Shown here: positions 39,155 through 52,529 of the stretch, one piece after another
Position numbering within the stretch: the first letter of the stretch is position 1
Layout: every line of letters starts with the position of its first letter
Source: Camelus dromedarius
Taxonomy: Eukaryota
Assembly: GCF_036321535.1 (NCBI RefSeq)
Contig: NC_087436.1
Location: 108,192,001 to 108,256,000 of the forward strand
DNA length: 64,000 nucleotides
Direction: 5' to 3'
Notes under the pieces: model-generated
What the model was told of the DNA's origin: nothing
What the model saw: the letters and a program-made list of their open reading frames with translations, nothing else
The model's database searches: none
Made by a program: the position numbers and the translations under genes

Positions 39155-39379
39155 ATCGCCACAGTCTTAACATTGTAACATCCAGTGAAGCATGATCTGT
39201 AAAGTCTTTACTCCGTGTTCTGATTAATTTATTATGATGGCCTGTCTCTAAATTTATTATGATCGCCACAGTCTTAACATTGTAACATCCAGTGAAGCAT
39301 GATCTGTAAAGTCTTTACTCCGTGTTCTGATTAATTTATTATGATGGCCTGTCTCTAATTTATTATGATGGCCTGTCTA
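39155..39379. repeat. 107-bp tandem duplication with nested 24-bp duplication
   Basis: Unit starting ATCGCCACAGTCTTAAC at 39155 and 39262; TAATTTATTATGATGGCCTGTCT(C/A) at 39332 and 39356. Confidence 0.97.
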
Positions 39380-39906
39380 TAAAAATAACAATGGAGATCA
39401 TTGTTTTCCTTTAATCATCACTTTTGGTTTTGGTATCTAAATAAATGGTGTTGATGTCCCTAGTTTTTGCACCTGGGTATCTCTTTTTAATGTCACCTCG
39501 TAAGGCAGCGCTCCCTAATGAGGCTAGCAATGTTTGGTTTGTATTACTTTGGTAAATTGATGTCCTGAAAAACACAGACCGCATCTCATTTAAGGTAACA
39601 GGCTCAGTGCCTGTGAAAGCTGATCTGTAGCACAGCCCTTGGATGCAGTTATGCGAAGTTTCTGGCCACAGATACTTCTTTAGCTACATTTAAATTAAGA
39701 AAGCATCAGAGCCACCTCCCCCGCATAGTAGCTTCTATTCTGACTCTCAGCCAGGAACTTCAGCATTAGCGTTCACACCCTTTCCCCTGTCTTCTCACCC
39801 ACGAGCCCCGTGTGCACTTCTTTATTGCTGGACCAGCACCTGACCGCTGTGGGGGAAGAATCCTCGTTCCTTCCTTGGTCCCTTGGTTTTTTCCATATGG
39901 TCCCTA

Positions 39907-40202
39907 GTTTTATTAATATGTAATTGGCATATAATACTGCATTAGTTTAAGGTGTACATCATAATGATCAGATGTATGTATATAATGCAAAATAATTACC
40001 AGATACGTTTAGGTTACATCCATCACTCACACCGTTAACAACGTTCTTTTTTTCTTGTGATGAGGATTCAAGATTTGCTCTCTTAGCAACGTTCAAGTAT
40101 ACAACACAGTACTATTAACTATAGCAGGCTGGGCATTACATCTTCAGAACTTATAATTACACCTTTGTATCTTTTGTCAACATTTATTCATATCCCCCCA
40201 CT
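39907..40202 (-). mobile_element. L1MA-type (L1MA9-like) 3' end
   Basis: TTTAAGGTGTACATCATAATGAT...TCTCTTAGCAACGTTCAAGTATACAACACAGTACTATTAACTATAG. Confidence 0.85.
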
Positions 40203-41824
40203 GCATTTTCTATAGTTACAAAACCAGGAAGGAAAGCAGACTCACTATGGCCTAAATTTGATCATTTATTTGGGAAACATTTGACTTTGGATTCAAAATT
40301 GGAAACTAGTATGTTCCACCACCTGAAGAATGTCCTCACAGCACAACCAAGTAGTACTATGGGCCAGTGGTGCTAATGGGACCTGACTGGTGGATTTGAA
40401 CCCACTTGGAACCAGTTTTCTACTTTCCGTTCTAGGTCACCAGGACACATTGCTCTCTCTAGTTTTCTGACTTTCCAATGCAAAGCATTGATTATCAGGG
40501 AGCTTCAAAGTGGAGATTTTTCATAAAATCACCAGTGAAATATTATTGGAGTCATAAGTTTTATCTTTGTACAGGATATTTTTCTATAACCATATTAAAG
40601 ACTAAGTATATGTAGTGGTGATTTTCTTTTTTCTTTTTTTTTTTTTTCTATTTTTTCCCAATATTGCATTTTAGTGTCCTGATCTTTCTTGACATCTTAA
40701 TGGCTGTGAAATAATGCAATTCTGGTAATATCCGTGGTAAAGCTAGCCAAGGTAATTACATCAATGTTGTCACAGTATAATTTACACTGTGTGCCTTTTC
40801 TATGGTGTGTATTAAGTCTAGGAAGGTCTATTACTATAGAGCGCTAAAATTTCCATCAGCAGAGCATTCCCAAATATTTATCCAGGGGAAAAATAATAAA
40901 GCATTCGTGTGGTCAAACATATGCAGGAAGTGTTGTGTACTCCACTCGCTTCCAGAAGATATGTAATGCATATCTTTCTGTCTAGATGCTCAGGCTAACT
41001 GGATCTAGTCAATATTTATATAAAGGAAGGCATTTTTCAAACATGAAAGAGAAGTCCATCTGGAACGTGTCTTATTCTCACCAATAACTGAGAATGCATG
41101 TTGTCTGCAATGGTTCAGGTGTCTTTTTCCTTTGGGACAATACACCCATTTGGGTTCTGTGTTCATTTCCACAACCACCATGCTTTAACACAATTGCACA
41201 TACTCAGCTTTAGAGTTTTCATGAGACAAAGTTTGATCAGGAGAATCTGAGAATTCATCAAAAAATAGAATGTTTCCAAAGACCCCATTTCCCTGGAAGT
41301 ACCACTGAAGGCCACAGCTGGTGCGTCCATTCATACCAGGGTAACTGAAGGGAGCAGAGTCTGTTCACTGCTTTTGTATGTGTGGGTGGCGGGGGAGGTG
41401 TATGGTTCACAGATTTTACTGATTATTTGGAACTCATGTGCATGAAAATACAGCACAGCTCAGTGAGCTCAGTACAGGACAGGGATGGAAGACAGCAGCT
41501 CCCTGCGATGCAGATTCAGCTGCTCTGTTACAATGATTTGGTGGGTGTCCCCGGACAGGTTAATGCAGCTTACTTTGGCTTTGTTATCTCAAACTTAATG
41601 TAGGGAAAACACCTACCACTCGTCTGCTTTTTGAGGCATTTGCAATTTCAGAACAACAGGCTCATACCTCAGAGCAATTCTAGTGAATTATTGGAAAATG
41701 TTTAGATTGTATCCTGGTACCAACCTTCTACAAATTCACTAAACACCAGAAGAGAGTCTATGTTTAATTAAATAATGGGATGGAATAAATAAATACAGGC
41801 AAAATCAGATTAAATAAGACCAAG

Positions 41825-42110
41825 ATTCACTCACACATTTACCAGACATTTATTCGGCACCCATTGTGCATTGTGCTAGTTTCTAGGACTCCATAGATGA
41901 GTAAGACACTGATGTGGGGAGGCAGGCTTGTAGACAGACGCTGATGGGGCAGTGAAGGAAGTGCTCAGGGGAATAGGTGCCCTGGAGCGTGGAGGGAGGG
42001 TGAGTGGCCTTTGACCAACCACCGCAGAGGGAGGAGACACACAGGGGAAGGGCATGCAGACAGAAGGAATCGTTTATGCAAACGCATGACATGTTCAGTG
42101 AAGCACAAGA
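41825..42110 (-). mobile_element. L2 LINE 3' fragment
   Basis: ACATTTATTCGGCACCCATTGTGC...purine-rich reverse L2 body. Confidence 0.65.
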
Positions 42111-42347
42111 TGATGAAAAGACATTGTAGGAAATCCTGAATTTAGTTTTAATATTGGCAAAGAATTGCTCCTGGAGTGTTATCTTATTATTAGAGCTAAT
42201 TATTTGAGAACGTAACTATTGAAATGTTTAGACCTATTTCTAGGGTTTGGTTTAAAATAGAATGTCTGCCTTAAAGATGAAGAGTCTCTGCTGCTCTCAG
42301 TCTTGTCTTGCTCCCCATCAAACTTGTGCAAAATCCTCCTCATGACC

Positions 42348-42723
42348 TGTATGGTTTTTAGCTTAGGCTGCTGTAACAAAAATATCACAGACTGGGTGGC
42401 TTATCAACAACAGAAACTTATTTCTCATAGCTCTGGAGGCTAGAAGTCGAAGATCAGGGTGCCAGCATGGCCAGGTTCTGGTGAGAGTCCTCTTCTGTGT
42501 TGCAGATGACTGTCTTCTCGTTGTGACCTCTTGTGGTGGGGGGCAGGGACAAGAAGGAAGCTCTCTCATGTCTCTTCTCATAAGGCCACTAATCCCACTC
42601 CTGAGGGCTCCACCCTGATGAACTAATTACCTCCCCAAAGCCCTACCTCCTAATAGCATCACATTGGGGATTAGGATTTTGACATACCAGTTTGGGGAGG
42701 ACACAAACGTTCAATTCATAGTA
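42348..42723 (-). mobile_element. MLT1A-like MaLR solo LTR inserted into an L2 remnant
   Basis: GGCTGCTGTAACAAAAATATCACAGACTGGGTGGCTTA...CTGGAGGCTAGAAGTCGAAGATCAGGGTGCCAGCATGG...GGGGAGGACACAAACGTTCA. Confidence 0.92.
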
Positions 42724-43009
42724 ACCCCCTCATCTGTTTCCCTACTGCCCTGCTCCCTCACTGTGCCTCCAGCCACCCCAACTCTGGGTTTTCCTGTCTG
42801 TTTGCATTTGCTGCTTGCTCTGCCTAGAACACATGTCCTCCATTTCTTTTCTTGTCTTATTCTCTCCTGGTGTCATTTAGCTCTTGACTCAGATGTCACC
42901 TTTGGAAGACCTTTACTCAAAAAGCATCCCCTATTCATCCTTAACTCTCATTCTTGTAGCCCTGTCACTACCTGGCATTACGTAATACATTCATTTCTAT
43001 TCTTCACAT

Positions 43010-43202
43010 CTGGGTTGTATTGTGATTCCCCCAAAGATGTGCCAATCTCCTAGCCCCGGGGAACCTATGAGTATAACCTTATTTGGAAAAGGGGTCTTTG
43101 CAGATGTAATTGAGGTTAGGATTTTGGGATGGAATCATCCTGGACTTAGGGTGGGCCCTAAATCCAATGACAAGTGTCTTTATACATAAAGAAGAAAGAG
43201 GG
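43010..43202 (+). mobile_element. MLT1B/C-like MaLR LTR 5' portion
   Basis: ACCTTATTTGGAAAAGGGGTCTTTGCAGATGTAATT...GGGTGGGCCCTAAATCCAATGAC. Confidence 0.88.
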
Positions 43203-44669
43203 AGAAGGGAGAGTGAGTGGACTAGTATTAGTATAGTGGACTCTTGGGCCCTATACTAATGATGATGGTAATAATAATGAAGGCTCATATTAACACACAA
43301 AGACATTTCCTTTCATTCTCTGCTTTAACAACCACAGATAGTCAATTATTATGACCCCATTTTATAAGTGACTAAACTGAAGCTCAGAAACATCTCAACA
43401 ACATGCCCTGAGATCAGATAACTCCTATGGTCCTTCCTCAGGCAGAATAGGGGTCTCAGGTGGAACCCCTGCATCTCTGAAGTCCCCACTCTGTCTCGGT
43501 GCTGTGCCCTCAGGCATCATTGACATCAGTCGGAGGAAAAATGAACTTCCAGGGGGACGTAAGATATGCAGATATTACAGTAGGTGTTTTCATACACACT
43601 ATCTTAGTTCTCTCCATGTGTCTGCAAGGCTGCTGTTGTCGGCTTCAGTTTACAGATATGCAAGTGGAGGGGAACACAAAACCAGAGAGGGATGACAGCA
43701 TTTCGAAGTTGCCGTGATTGACTCAAGTTCCCGATCTTTCCACATGAAACAACTGTCAGACTACACAGCTCTGCGCTCACAATAAGTTATTTCAACTCTT
43801 TTATGCCCCATCTTGAGCTTCCAAGGGTTATTTCCGACAGTTCTGCAACTACGCGGCACTGACTGGCCCTTTGCATCAGTGCTCTCTGCCCTGGTAAGAA
43901 AGGCTTTATTTTCCCCGCATCACCACCTAGTATTTATTCCCCAGGAGGCTGAGCCCCTTGCTGCTTTCTTTTCTCAGGACAGCGGAGGGGGATGTGAGCT
44001 GGGAAGCTGAAAAGCCACCTTTGGCATCTAGAGGCTCGTCCACATCCTACTCTAACTCGGCAGAAACTTTATTTTGATTGTGTGTTTTGCTCCCAGATCC
44101 CCTTTATTTTCTGACTCTGCTTCTTCATAGATTTGTGAACCCCAGGAGGCCTGGGAATGGTGTTCCACAGCCAGATAAGCTACTATAAGGAAAGGTCAGT
44201 CTGCCAAGAGAAGCCTGAAAAATGAGGTATTTAAAAAACAGGCTTCGCTGCGGCAAGTTCAGCCAGCACTCTGTCCTCTGCATCGTCCTCAGCCTCGCCT
44301 CACTTTGAACATAAAAGTGTTCACAGTCCTAGAGACATGCAAATTGTGTGGCTGTATCTGATCAGAGTGTGGGCAAGAGATATTCCACAGGCAGGGATTT
44401 CCTATGCTTTGTAATAACAGAAGAAAATAGCGCAGTGATCCCTGCCCACTATTTATTCAGTTTTGGAATGATCAATTTTTAGATGCTTAAAATAGTTCCT
44501 CTAATGCAAGATTGGTAAACGACCTCAATCCACTAAGTTAACTTTTAAAGAGAAAAGACTCATGTCGTTTATCATTATTACTTGGCAAATTCATTTTTTA
44601 CCTGTATTTCTGTTGTATCCAGTCATGTCCTAACTGAATAAATTTAATCAGCACGTGCAGGGGAGGATC

Positions 44670-44670
<1 letters not shown>

Positions 44671-44702
<32 letters not shown>
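44671..44702. repeat. (TG)16 microsatellite
   Basis: Read directly. Confidence 0.97.
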
Positions 44703-44704
<2 letters not shown>

Positions 44705-47372
44705 GAAGAAATTGTCACTAAATGGTAAAATTGGAGGCTTATTCTTCTGAGTGGAATTTTGGAAACCAAATATTGAATTGACCTTTCCTGATCACACAAT
44801 TCACTAACAATTTTACCAACATGAATTCCGTACCTACTAGCTGTAAAAATAAGAATACCTATTTTGTAATATATAGGCTTTTAAAAAAATCTCTCCCCTG
44901 TCTTTCTCAGTGTACACAATAACCCAGTGAACAGACAGAACTGGACAAGTTTAAGCCACTTGAACTAGCCTGGAGTACCTGAGTGCTTTGACTGCATCTG
45001 AAGTATCTCTTAACCGTCATCTTTTCTCAGAGCCCAGTATTTCTTCCATTCCTTCATTCTGATTGCTACCTCTGGTCTTTAAGGATGCAGTTGCCATTTA
45101 GGGAGGAAAGAAGACAAAAAATTCTCAGGCCAGTGAAAGGAACTAAGGTGTAAATATCCAGCGTGTGCCAGGCAAGGCTAGATATTTTGTATATGCTACT
45201 TAATCCTCATGAAAAATCCTACTGCTGTGCCCTCTCCGAGAGAGGAACTGAGAACTCTAAAAGCTCCACAATTAACAGCTTTTGGCAGAGTTGTATCCTT
45301 TCCATTGAATGAATAATAATTAATTTTTTATCAGGCTGTCAAGGGTGTTTAGTCTTTTGGTTACAGTTCACAGCACTAAGACACATTGGGCTGTCACATT
45401 TCTATGAGCTGTAGCCAACTCCTGAGATCATTTAATAATTCAGTGTGGAAAGTTCTTAGCATCATAACGGCAAGGCGATGTGAGCCTGGCTATGGATTTG
45501 GTACAGGTAGAAGTGATGATTATTCAGTGTGGGAAAATCTATCATTAAAAGCTGGAAGGACCAAAGAGTTCTAATTAGACATCTGTCAACTGTATCATTT
45601 GCCTCATTGCATTCCTCTTGAATAATCTAAGTATGTTTATATGTTTTCCTAATATAACCATGTCCTCGTAAAAAATTTTTAGGATTTGAAGAGAAGAAGT
45701 AAAAAATAATTTTTCAGTTTTGTATAGCAATTAAGGGAAACATTTCTATACATAGCAATTTATTTATAAATATCACACATTTATTCATATATGTCATGTA
45801 TATGTAAAAACTATGGCTCACATTTGCCGTGGTTTTTCAGGATTTTTTGCTTCTGGTTTTTAATGTTTTCAGGAGTGTATTTGGGTTGTAACACTGGCTG
45901 AATATGCAGTGAGTGACCATAAGTGACCCTCTAAAGCACTTTAAAGTGTGGTAATGCATCTGCTTGTGGAAAGGGACAGGGGAGGGTGTCTTTGGGACTT
46001 GACATAGCACTGTGGGTTTCTGGCTCAGAAAGATTGAGAACTGTATTTTCTTTTTAATAATTTTGTTTCTGGTGTAACTTTGGAAATTTCTCTGTCAAAA
46101 ATCATACTAATTAAATAAATACAGGACATAGTTCTCCTGGACTTCCCTGTTGTGCCCAAGGTAGTTTACCATGTAGGTAACCACATACAACTTTACTTTT
46201 CCATTGGAATTTGTAAGAATACATGTCTGAGATCAGGTCTGTGAGTAGGGGAATTAAGTGGTCAAGAGTGTTGACCCATTGGAAACAGATGTAATGACGG
46301 ACTTTAAGGAATTGTGTGAAATAAGCAGTATCTGTAACAGAAAAGTGGTTTTCACAGCAGCTGAACAGGTTCATTGAAGGCAGAGTGAGGTTAGGGACAG
46401 ATGAACTAGTGAAGACAAATTTTCAGTGAGGTCAGGAATGGAATTCAGCATATTCTCATGCACTCAAGTCTTATTTTTTGTGAGAATGGGATTTACAGTA
46501 GTCATCTCAGATGCGGAAACTGGCTCCTTCCCGTGTTCATTAGTAATTTAATTAACGTTAGGCTGATCACATTTTCTGGCACTTACTTCAAAGGGTAATT
46601 TTACAGTCATCTGGCCAGCAGTTAACTCCTTTCTCCTATCGGCTATGCAAGAAGGGAGAACGTATGTGTTCTCTCCAACCATGTCTATGATTGACCTCGA
46701 AGACCTTGTGAAGAAATCCACGGAGAAATTTGCAAGACTGTTTTGTGAGCAGCCTCTCTTCCCTGCAGAGTTTTCTCATAGCAGACGGGTTTAAGGAAAC
46801 GTATGCTCTAAAACACTGTGAATTTCAATCAGTGAAGATGGATGGCTGCCATTAGGAACTGAGCTGCTGTTGCTGGACACTATCTAATGTGTGGTTAGCT
46901 TGCCTTTATTGAAATAAATACAGCCAAGTAGATCTGCCTCTAATGTAGGGACCTACAGATTGTCAGCAGTGGAAAGGTCCTCTGAAGTCATCTAGCTCAG
47001 CTTCCAGATACAACCGATGGGCAAAGATAGCTCCCTGGGGACGCTGCTCGTGTGTCCAAGGTCACTCTGGAATCCTGATGTCTTCAAGTCTATTTCATTT
47101 AGGACTTTCTTTCCAAAAAGGGAGAAATTCTAGTGTTCAAATCCAGGCTCATTTACTGCTGGAGCAAGTCCCTTAACTTCTTTATGTTTCAGTTTTTCAT
47201 CAATAATAGAAGATACTAATAATATATAAGGCATTTCACTTTTGTAAGGAGTAAAATGAGTTACTATGTGTCTGGCAAAGAGTAAACATCATAAAATTAT
47301 GACTGTTTTGGTGTTTGTGATTAGCATCTGGTGTTGGAAGAATGAATGTTATTGCATTACATTTTTCTAGAT

Positions 47373-47591
47373 CATTGGTTTTCAACTGGGGGTGATTTTG
47401 TCCCTAGGGGATATTTGGCCAAGTATGGAGACATTTTGGGTTGTCATAGCTCCAGGTTAGAGGGTGCTTCTGACATCTAATATGTAGAAGTCAGGGATGC
47501 TGCTGAACATCTTACAATGAGCAGGTCAGCCCCCTACAACAAAGAATTACGCAGCCCAAAATGTACACAGTGCTGAGGGTGAGAAGCCCTT
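47373..47591 (+). mobile_element. MER20 hAT-Charlie MITE, full length with 8-bp TSD
   Basis: CATTGGTTTTCAACTGGGGGTGATTTTG ... GTGCTGAGGGTGAGAAGCCCTT; TSD TTCTAGAT (47365-47372) / CTCTAGAT (47592-47599). Confidence 0.93.
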
Positions 47592-48642
47592 CTCTAGATT
47601 GAAAAGTAAACCATTTGAATCTAGAATATGAATTAAAATTGAGTTTAAAAAGAAAAACGATGGTGCCTAAATAATAATTTTATAAAATTATGGGAGAGGT
47701 TTTCTTAGTTTCAGTCACATGTCGTTGCCTGCATACTGTTGCTATTTGTGAAAGACTGTATGGGGGCTGTATTCACTCATTACACCACCCCCTCATTCTG
47801 CTCAGTAGTTGGTTGTTATGATTTCCACAGCTTGAAACCATCCAAGTTTTTATCACCCAAAAGTTTGTAAGAATGTATATCTTTTCAGCACTTTATGTAT
47901 TGATTATTCATGTGGATTATATCATGTTGCCAGTCACTGTTTTTGATTTCATAGTGAGTAGGAGAAGAAATCTTATGGTCAGAAGTCTTTATAGACAGTG
48001 ATGTGCTTTTACAACTGTGAAAGTAGAAGAAGGCTTTCCCATCCATTTAAATTTATTTTAGTAGTGTTTTTAAGTGTTCTTTCTGCCTTGGTATTTCTCT
48101 TTTTCTTTTGATGCTATTTTGATGCAAGGGGACCGATGTGACCTTGATGTAATCTGCAAGTATTTTTCTCTTATTTATAAAAATCAAACATCTCACAAAA
48201 TCAGATGTAATATAGATCTAGAATATTTAGAAGGTTATAGCCTTCTCAAAAGGCAGTTTTCTACATATGCCTGTTTAGAGAGTTATAAGATCCTTTTAAA
48301 ATTATGAATAAGCAGGCAACTACAGTGGCTGCTAGTCCAACAAGGAGAAATAACATTTCTGGCTGCACTGTTGTTACATTTTACTGTGAACAAAATTATC
48401 ATGTAAGGACTTCTTTAAATATAAATTTTAGCATAAAATTATCTACCAAAGAGAGCAGTTTTTTAAGTGTGATACACTGTTGAAAAAACACTACATATAC
48501 ACACAGGCATGTGCTATACACACACACACACACACAGACATACATTATATATATATAGAGAGAATATAAATATGTATATATTTAACTGAATCTGATTTAA
48601 ATCAAAATCTGTATCTCTAGATTTTTTCCTCCCTTTCTCATT

Positions 48643-49045
48643 TCTATTAGTCAACTATTGCTGGAACAATGCTGTGTAACAAAGCATCCTCTACTCAATA
48701 GGCTTGCAACAACACACAGGCGGGTCTGCAGTTAATTGGTTTGGCTGATTGAGACGAGGTTCAGTGGGGAGACTTAGCTGATCAGCAAGTCATGTCAGTT
48801 CTGCTCCATATTGATGTGTCCTAATTTGCAGTTTGAAGGGGCTTGGTCTTGTCATAGCAGGTCACCAGAGCATGAGAGGGAAGCCAAACCTCAAATCCAT
48901 TTACACCCCATTGTCATACCATATTCGCTAGAGTCCTGTCGACCAAATGCAGACACATGACCAAGGAACTAAAAATGTATTTTTCCCATCTTGAGAAAGG
49001 AAGGAGGATTAGAGTAGATATTTGTTCAAAAATATTTCCAACTCT
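48643..49045 (-). mobile_element. Old MLT1 LTR
   Basis: TATTAGTCAACTATTGCTGGAACAATGCTGTGTAACAAA start typical of reverse MLT1H/I/J. Confidence 0.7.
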
Positions 49046-49700
49046 CACACTGTCGCCTTATTTTAAGGTAAGGGTAAATTATGTCTTTTTCCTGGAGTTA
49101 TATTTTCAGTCTCCTCCCACCCCCAGAATTGAGGCAAGTTACCAGAAAAGCAAGCCCAGATCTGTGCAGCATCATTCAGCGAGATACTCTATAGCACACA
49201 TCTCTGTTTTTCCACTCTTATAATGATATGTTAATATATGCACGGATATGGTTAATTTGTTTGAGACAATAATTTAATTATAGACTCAAACATTCCACAG
49301 CATAAACAACTTAACAGGGAAGGAAGACATAAGAATGGCTCAAAACTTCAGATTTGGTACCAGAGTGTAATTATGAAATGACATGCCAATTAGGAGATGC
49401 AAATAACTTTTAAGAAAAACAAACATTTTAGAAGTTTCATGTCTTCCGTAGAGAGCATACATTAGCAAACCAGAGGGGAGAAAGAATATGCAGAGTATGT
49501 GGGGTCATGACAGACTTGTTTTTCTTTTTCTCCCTCTCTTCTGCTCTATCAAATTATCTCTCTTCGTCTCTTGGTCTCTCTCTGATTTATTTCCTTAGCT
49601 TTATATGGACCAGGGTTCAAGCTCCCTGTGAAAGAGTCATCTTTGATTCCCCTTGACTTGGATTGCACGTGCAATATGAAGTCATGTTACTCCAATAGAA

Positions 49701-50316
49701 AGTGGTAGGCAGAATTCTAAGAATGGCCCTCAATGACCTTCACCCTTATATAATCCCCTCCTCTTTGAGCGTGGATAGAATCTTTGAATATGTTGAAATA
49801 TCATTCCTGTGATTATATTCTGTTGCATATCAGAGTTGACGTTTTGGGAGATTATCTGTGTGTGCTTAATCTAATCACTTAATTCCTTAAAAGTGTAGAG
49901 CTGCCTCCAACTGGTGGCAGAAGAACAAGCCAGAGAGATTAGAAGCATGAAAAATATTGTGTACTGTTGACAATTTGAAAAAGGGAGGGGGTGTTATGTG
50001 AGAAGACAGTTTCTAGGAGAAGACCAGCCTGAGAAGAAACTGACAGCCAGGAAAAAGGTGGGGACCTCAGACCTGTAACCACAAGGAACTGGATTCTTTC
50101 AACAATTTGAATGAACTTGGATGTGGGTTAGTCCCTAGAACTTCTAGGAGTCCAGCCTACTGATACTTAGATTCTAGCCTTGTGAGATCCTCAGTAGAAA
50201 ACCCAGCCAAGCCTGCTTAGACTTCTTACTTGCAGAACTGTGAAATAATAAATGGATAATGCTATCAGTTGCTAAGTTTTTGGTAATTGATTATGCAATG
50301 ATATAAATTAAATACA
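49701..50316 (+). mobile_element. MLT1E-like MaLR solo LTR
   Basis: GTGGTAGGCAGAATTCTAAG start; GGGACCTCAGACCTGTAACCACAAGGAACTGGATTCT; end GCTAAGTTTTTGGTAATTGATTATGCAA...AATACA. Confidence 0.9.
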
Positions 50317-50509
50317 GTGTCTCAAATTGTTTGTGTGTGTGTGTGTGTGTGTGCATTTCTCACAAGGCTGACTCTAAGTTAGTGGTACCCTCTTTATATG
50401 TCAAAGCTGACACATTAGCTCTGAGAATTCAAATTACATAAACTTTGATAGATCTCTGTTTTTGAAATGGCCTTGGAGTTTACTTAAGTCATTTAATCTT
50501 ACTATCATG

Positions 50510-52126
50510 CAGAAGCAGATTTAGGTTTTGTGGGGTCTTGAGTTTATATAGTTTGGTGATACCCTTTAAGAGAAAGGTTATATGATTAAAATAAAAACTA
50601 AGTGTAAAGTGAATATTTATTTAGGAAGAGAAATTATACATTTCAAAATTATGAATTTTAGGAAGATGACAAATGACATAAATATGAAAAAATTAAAATA
50701 GTAACATACTTTAAAATATATTCAGTGCTTTATAAACCTGTGTAATACTTTTCCAAATTCTGGCTTTTATGCCATTTTTTGTATCATTTTATAGACAGGA
50801 AAGAAGGATAATTCAGGCTTATAGCAGAATTGACTGAAGTTAACTTTTTATTACAGGTAGGAAAGCTTGCTTTCACTTAACAACTCGTTATTTGCAATAT
50901 TATATGTATTTTTATGGTTATTATCAGACAGAAAAATGTCTTTTGATTTTCTTTCATAAAATAAGTTTTAACATTTTGTGATTTTTCAAACTTTATTGTT
51001 CAGTAATCTTGAGTCACCATTGAATTGACAGTATTCATTACCAGTTTATCATTGATATCATTTTACTATTATATTAAAAGCTTGTTATTTTCATCAATAT
51101 CGATGTTTTCTGATCATTTCACATTATTTCAACATGAAACTTAAATCTTTTTTCCAATGTATTTATTTGATCCATTACTCATTCCTTTTTACTACTTGGT
51201 TATCAATCCAAGAGCTTACTCATTATTTCACATCAAATCTCTTCTTCTAAAGATTAGTCCTTTTGATGTAATTTGAGTATTTTGGTTTTTTTTTCTTGGT
51301 GTTGTTACAATTTGCTTCTTCATGTCAAAGTAATTTCTAAGTTGATAGTTTCATTTTTCACTTCTGTCACTTTTGTTTTATATTGCATTTTTTTATCTAA
51401 ATTTCCTCTCATTTTTAATGTCATTTTATAAATGACAATAAGGTAATTTCACATATATCTAAACAGAAGTCTATATTTCTGTTTTATTGAAATGTGCTAT
51501 AACATGTTTTTAGTTGCAATTAAAATGGCATATTTTGACTTTCTCAAGCTTTTGAATATTTTACAAGCGTTTTTTTATTCAAGTTTTTCTTGCAACTCAT
51601 TGGAAATATATTTTTGATGCCTAAAATATCTTTGACTTCAGGTTGCAAATTTCAGGGCCTGAACAGCTATGTAATGAGCAGTCCACCCACTGTCCTCAGA
51701 CTGTCAGGGTTGGGGACTGCCAGAGATATTCACGGGTCGCTTCTGGGTCACCTTTGGGTCATGACATCCGGTGAGTTCATGTATTAGGTAGTATTCCCAT
51801 CTGTGGAAGCCATTCCTACCCGAGGAAAGCCATCCGTAACTTGACTGTACATAAAAAGGTTCCTTAACTACATAAATAAAGCTAAACTTTCCCTTAGCTA
51901 GAGCCTAAAAATTCTAGTCTGAGAGTCATGAGAGAAAGTGGGCCATAGAAAAGTTGGAGTGGAGAGGGACAGAAGTGCTAACTAATTGCATTTAAACTAT
52001 CCTACTTTTTAAATATTAGGAAAGAATGTGACTATGAACATGTTTGCAGACCTCTGGATGGAAGAAACGTCCAAAGATGGGGCCTAAGCCCTAAGCTTCC
52101 TTGGCCTCATTGTAAATCAGACTCTG
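50510..52126 (-). mobile_element. Arthur1-like hAT-Tip100 non-autonomous DNA transposon (~1.6 kb)
   Basis: Left end CAGAAGCAGATTTAGGTTTTGTGGGGTCTTGAG, right end TAAGCTTCCTTGGCCTCATTGTAAATCAGACTCTG; GGAAGCCATTCCTAC and GGAGTGGAGAGGGACAG match the recalled Arthur1 subterminal sequence. Confidence 0.75.
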
Positions 52127-52529
52127 CAGGTGGCTGTAACATTTGTTAAATGTTACCTTTGGATTTTTTTTTTTTTTTTTTTTTTTTTTTGCAGTGAACC
52201 CTTTACCACTCCCATGAACACCCTCTACATAGTCAGGTTACAGGTAGAGCCTGAGTAACAAGCTGAAGTGCAGGAAGAGAACAAATGTTCCTTCAGGGAA
52301 AAGAAAGACTAGGAAAGAAAGAAAGAAAGGGTTATCAGCCCAGGAATTCTAATAATTAGAATAAGACTAAAGCACAATTAATCAGATCACAGGGTGGGGA
52401 CCCTAACAGACTGTGGCACCAAGTCAGGTTGGTATTGATGCCTCAAGTGGTTTTGAAATGTCTGAGTCTTGGACTGAAATCCTTTCATCTCTTTGTCTAT
52501 GGTCATAAGTGATAATTAAAAAATTTCTG

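Noticed and set aside
39155..39379. CRISPR-like or functional repeat array
   Set aside because: Eukaryotic context, only two units and no unique spacers
42664..43053. 129-aa ORF
   Set aside because: Runs across MLT1, L2 and MLT1 remnants; accidental
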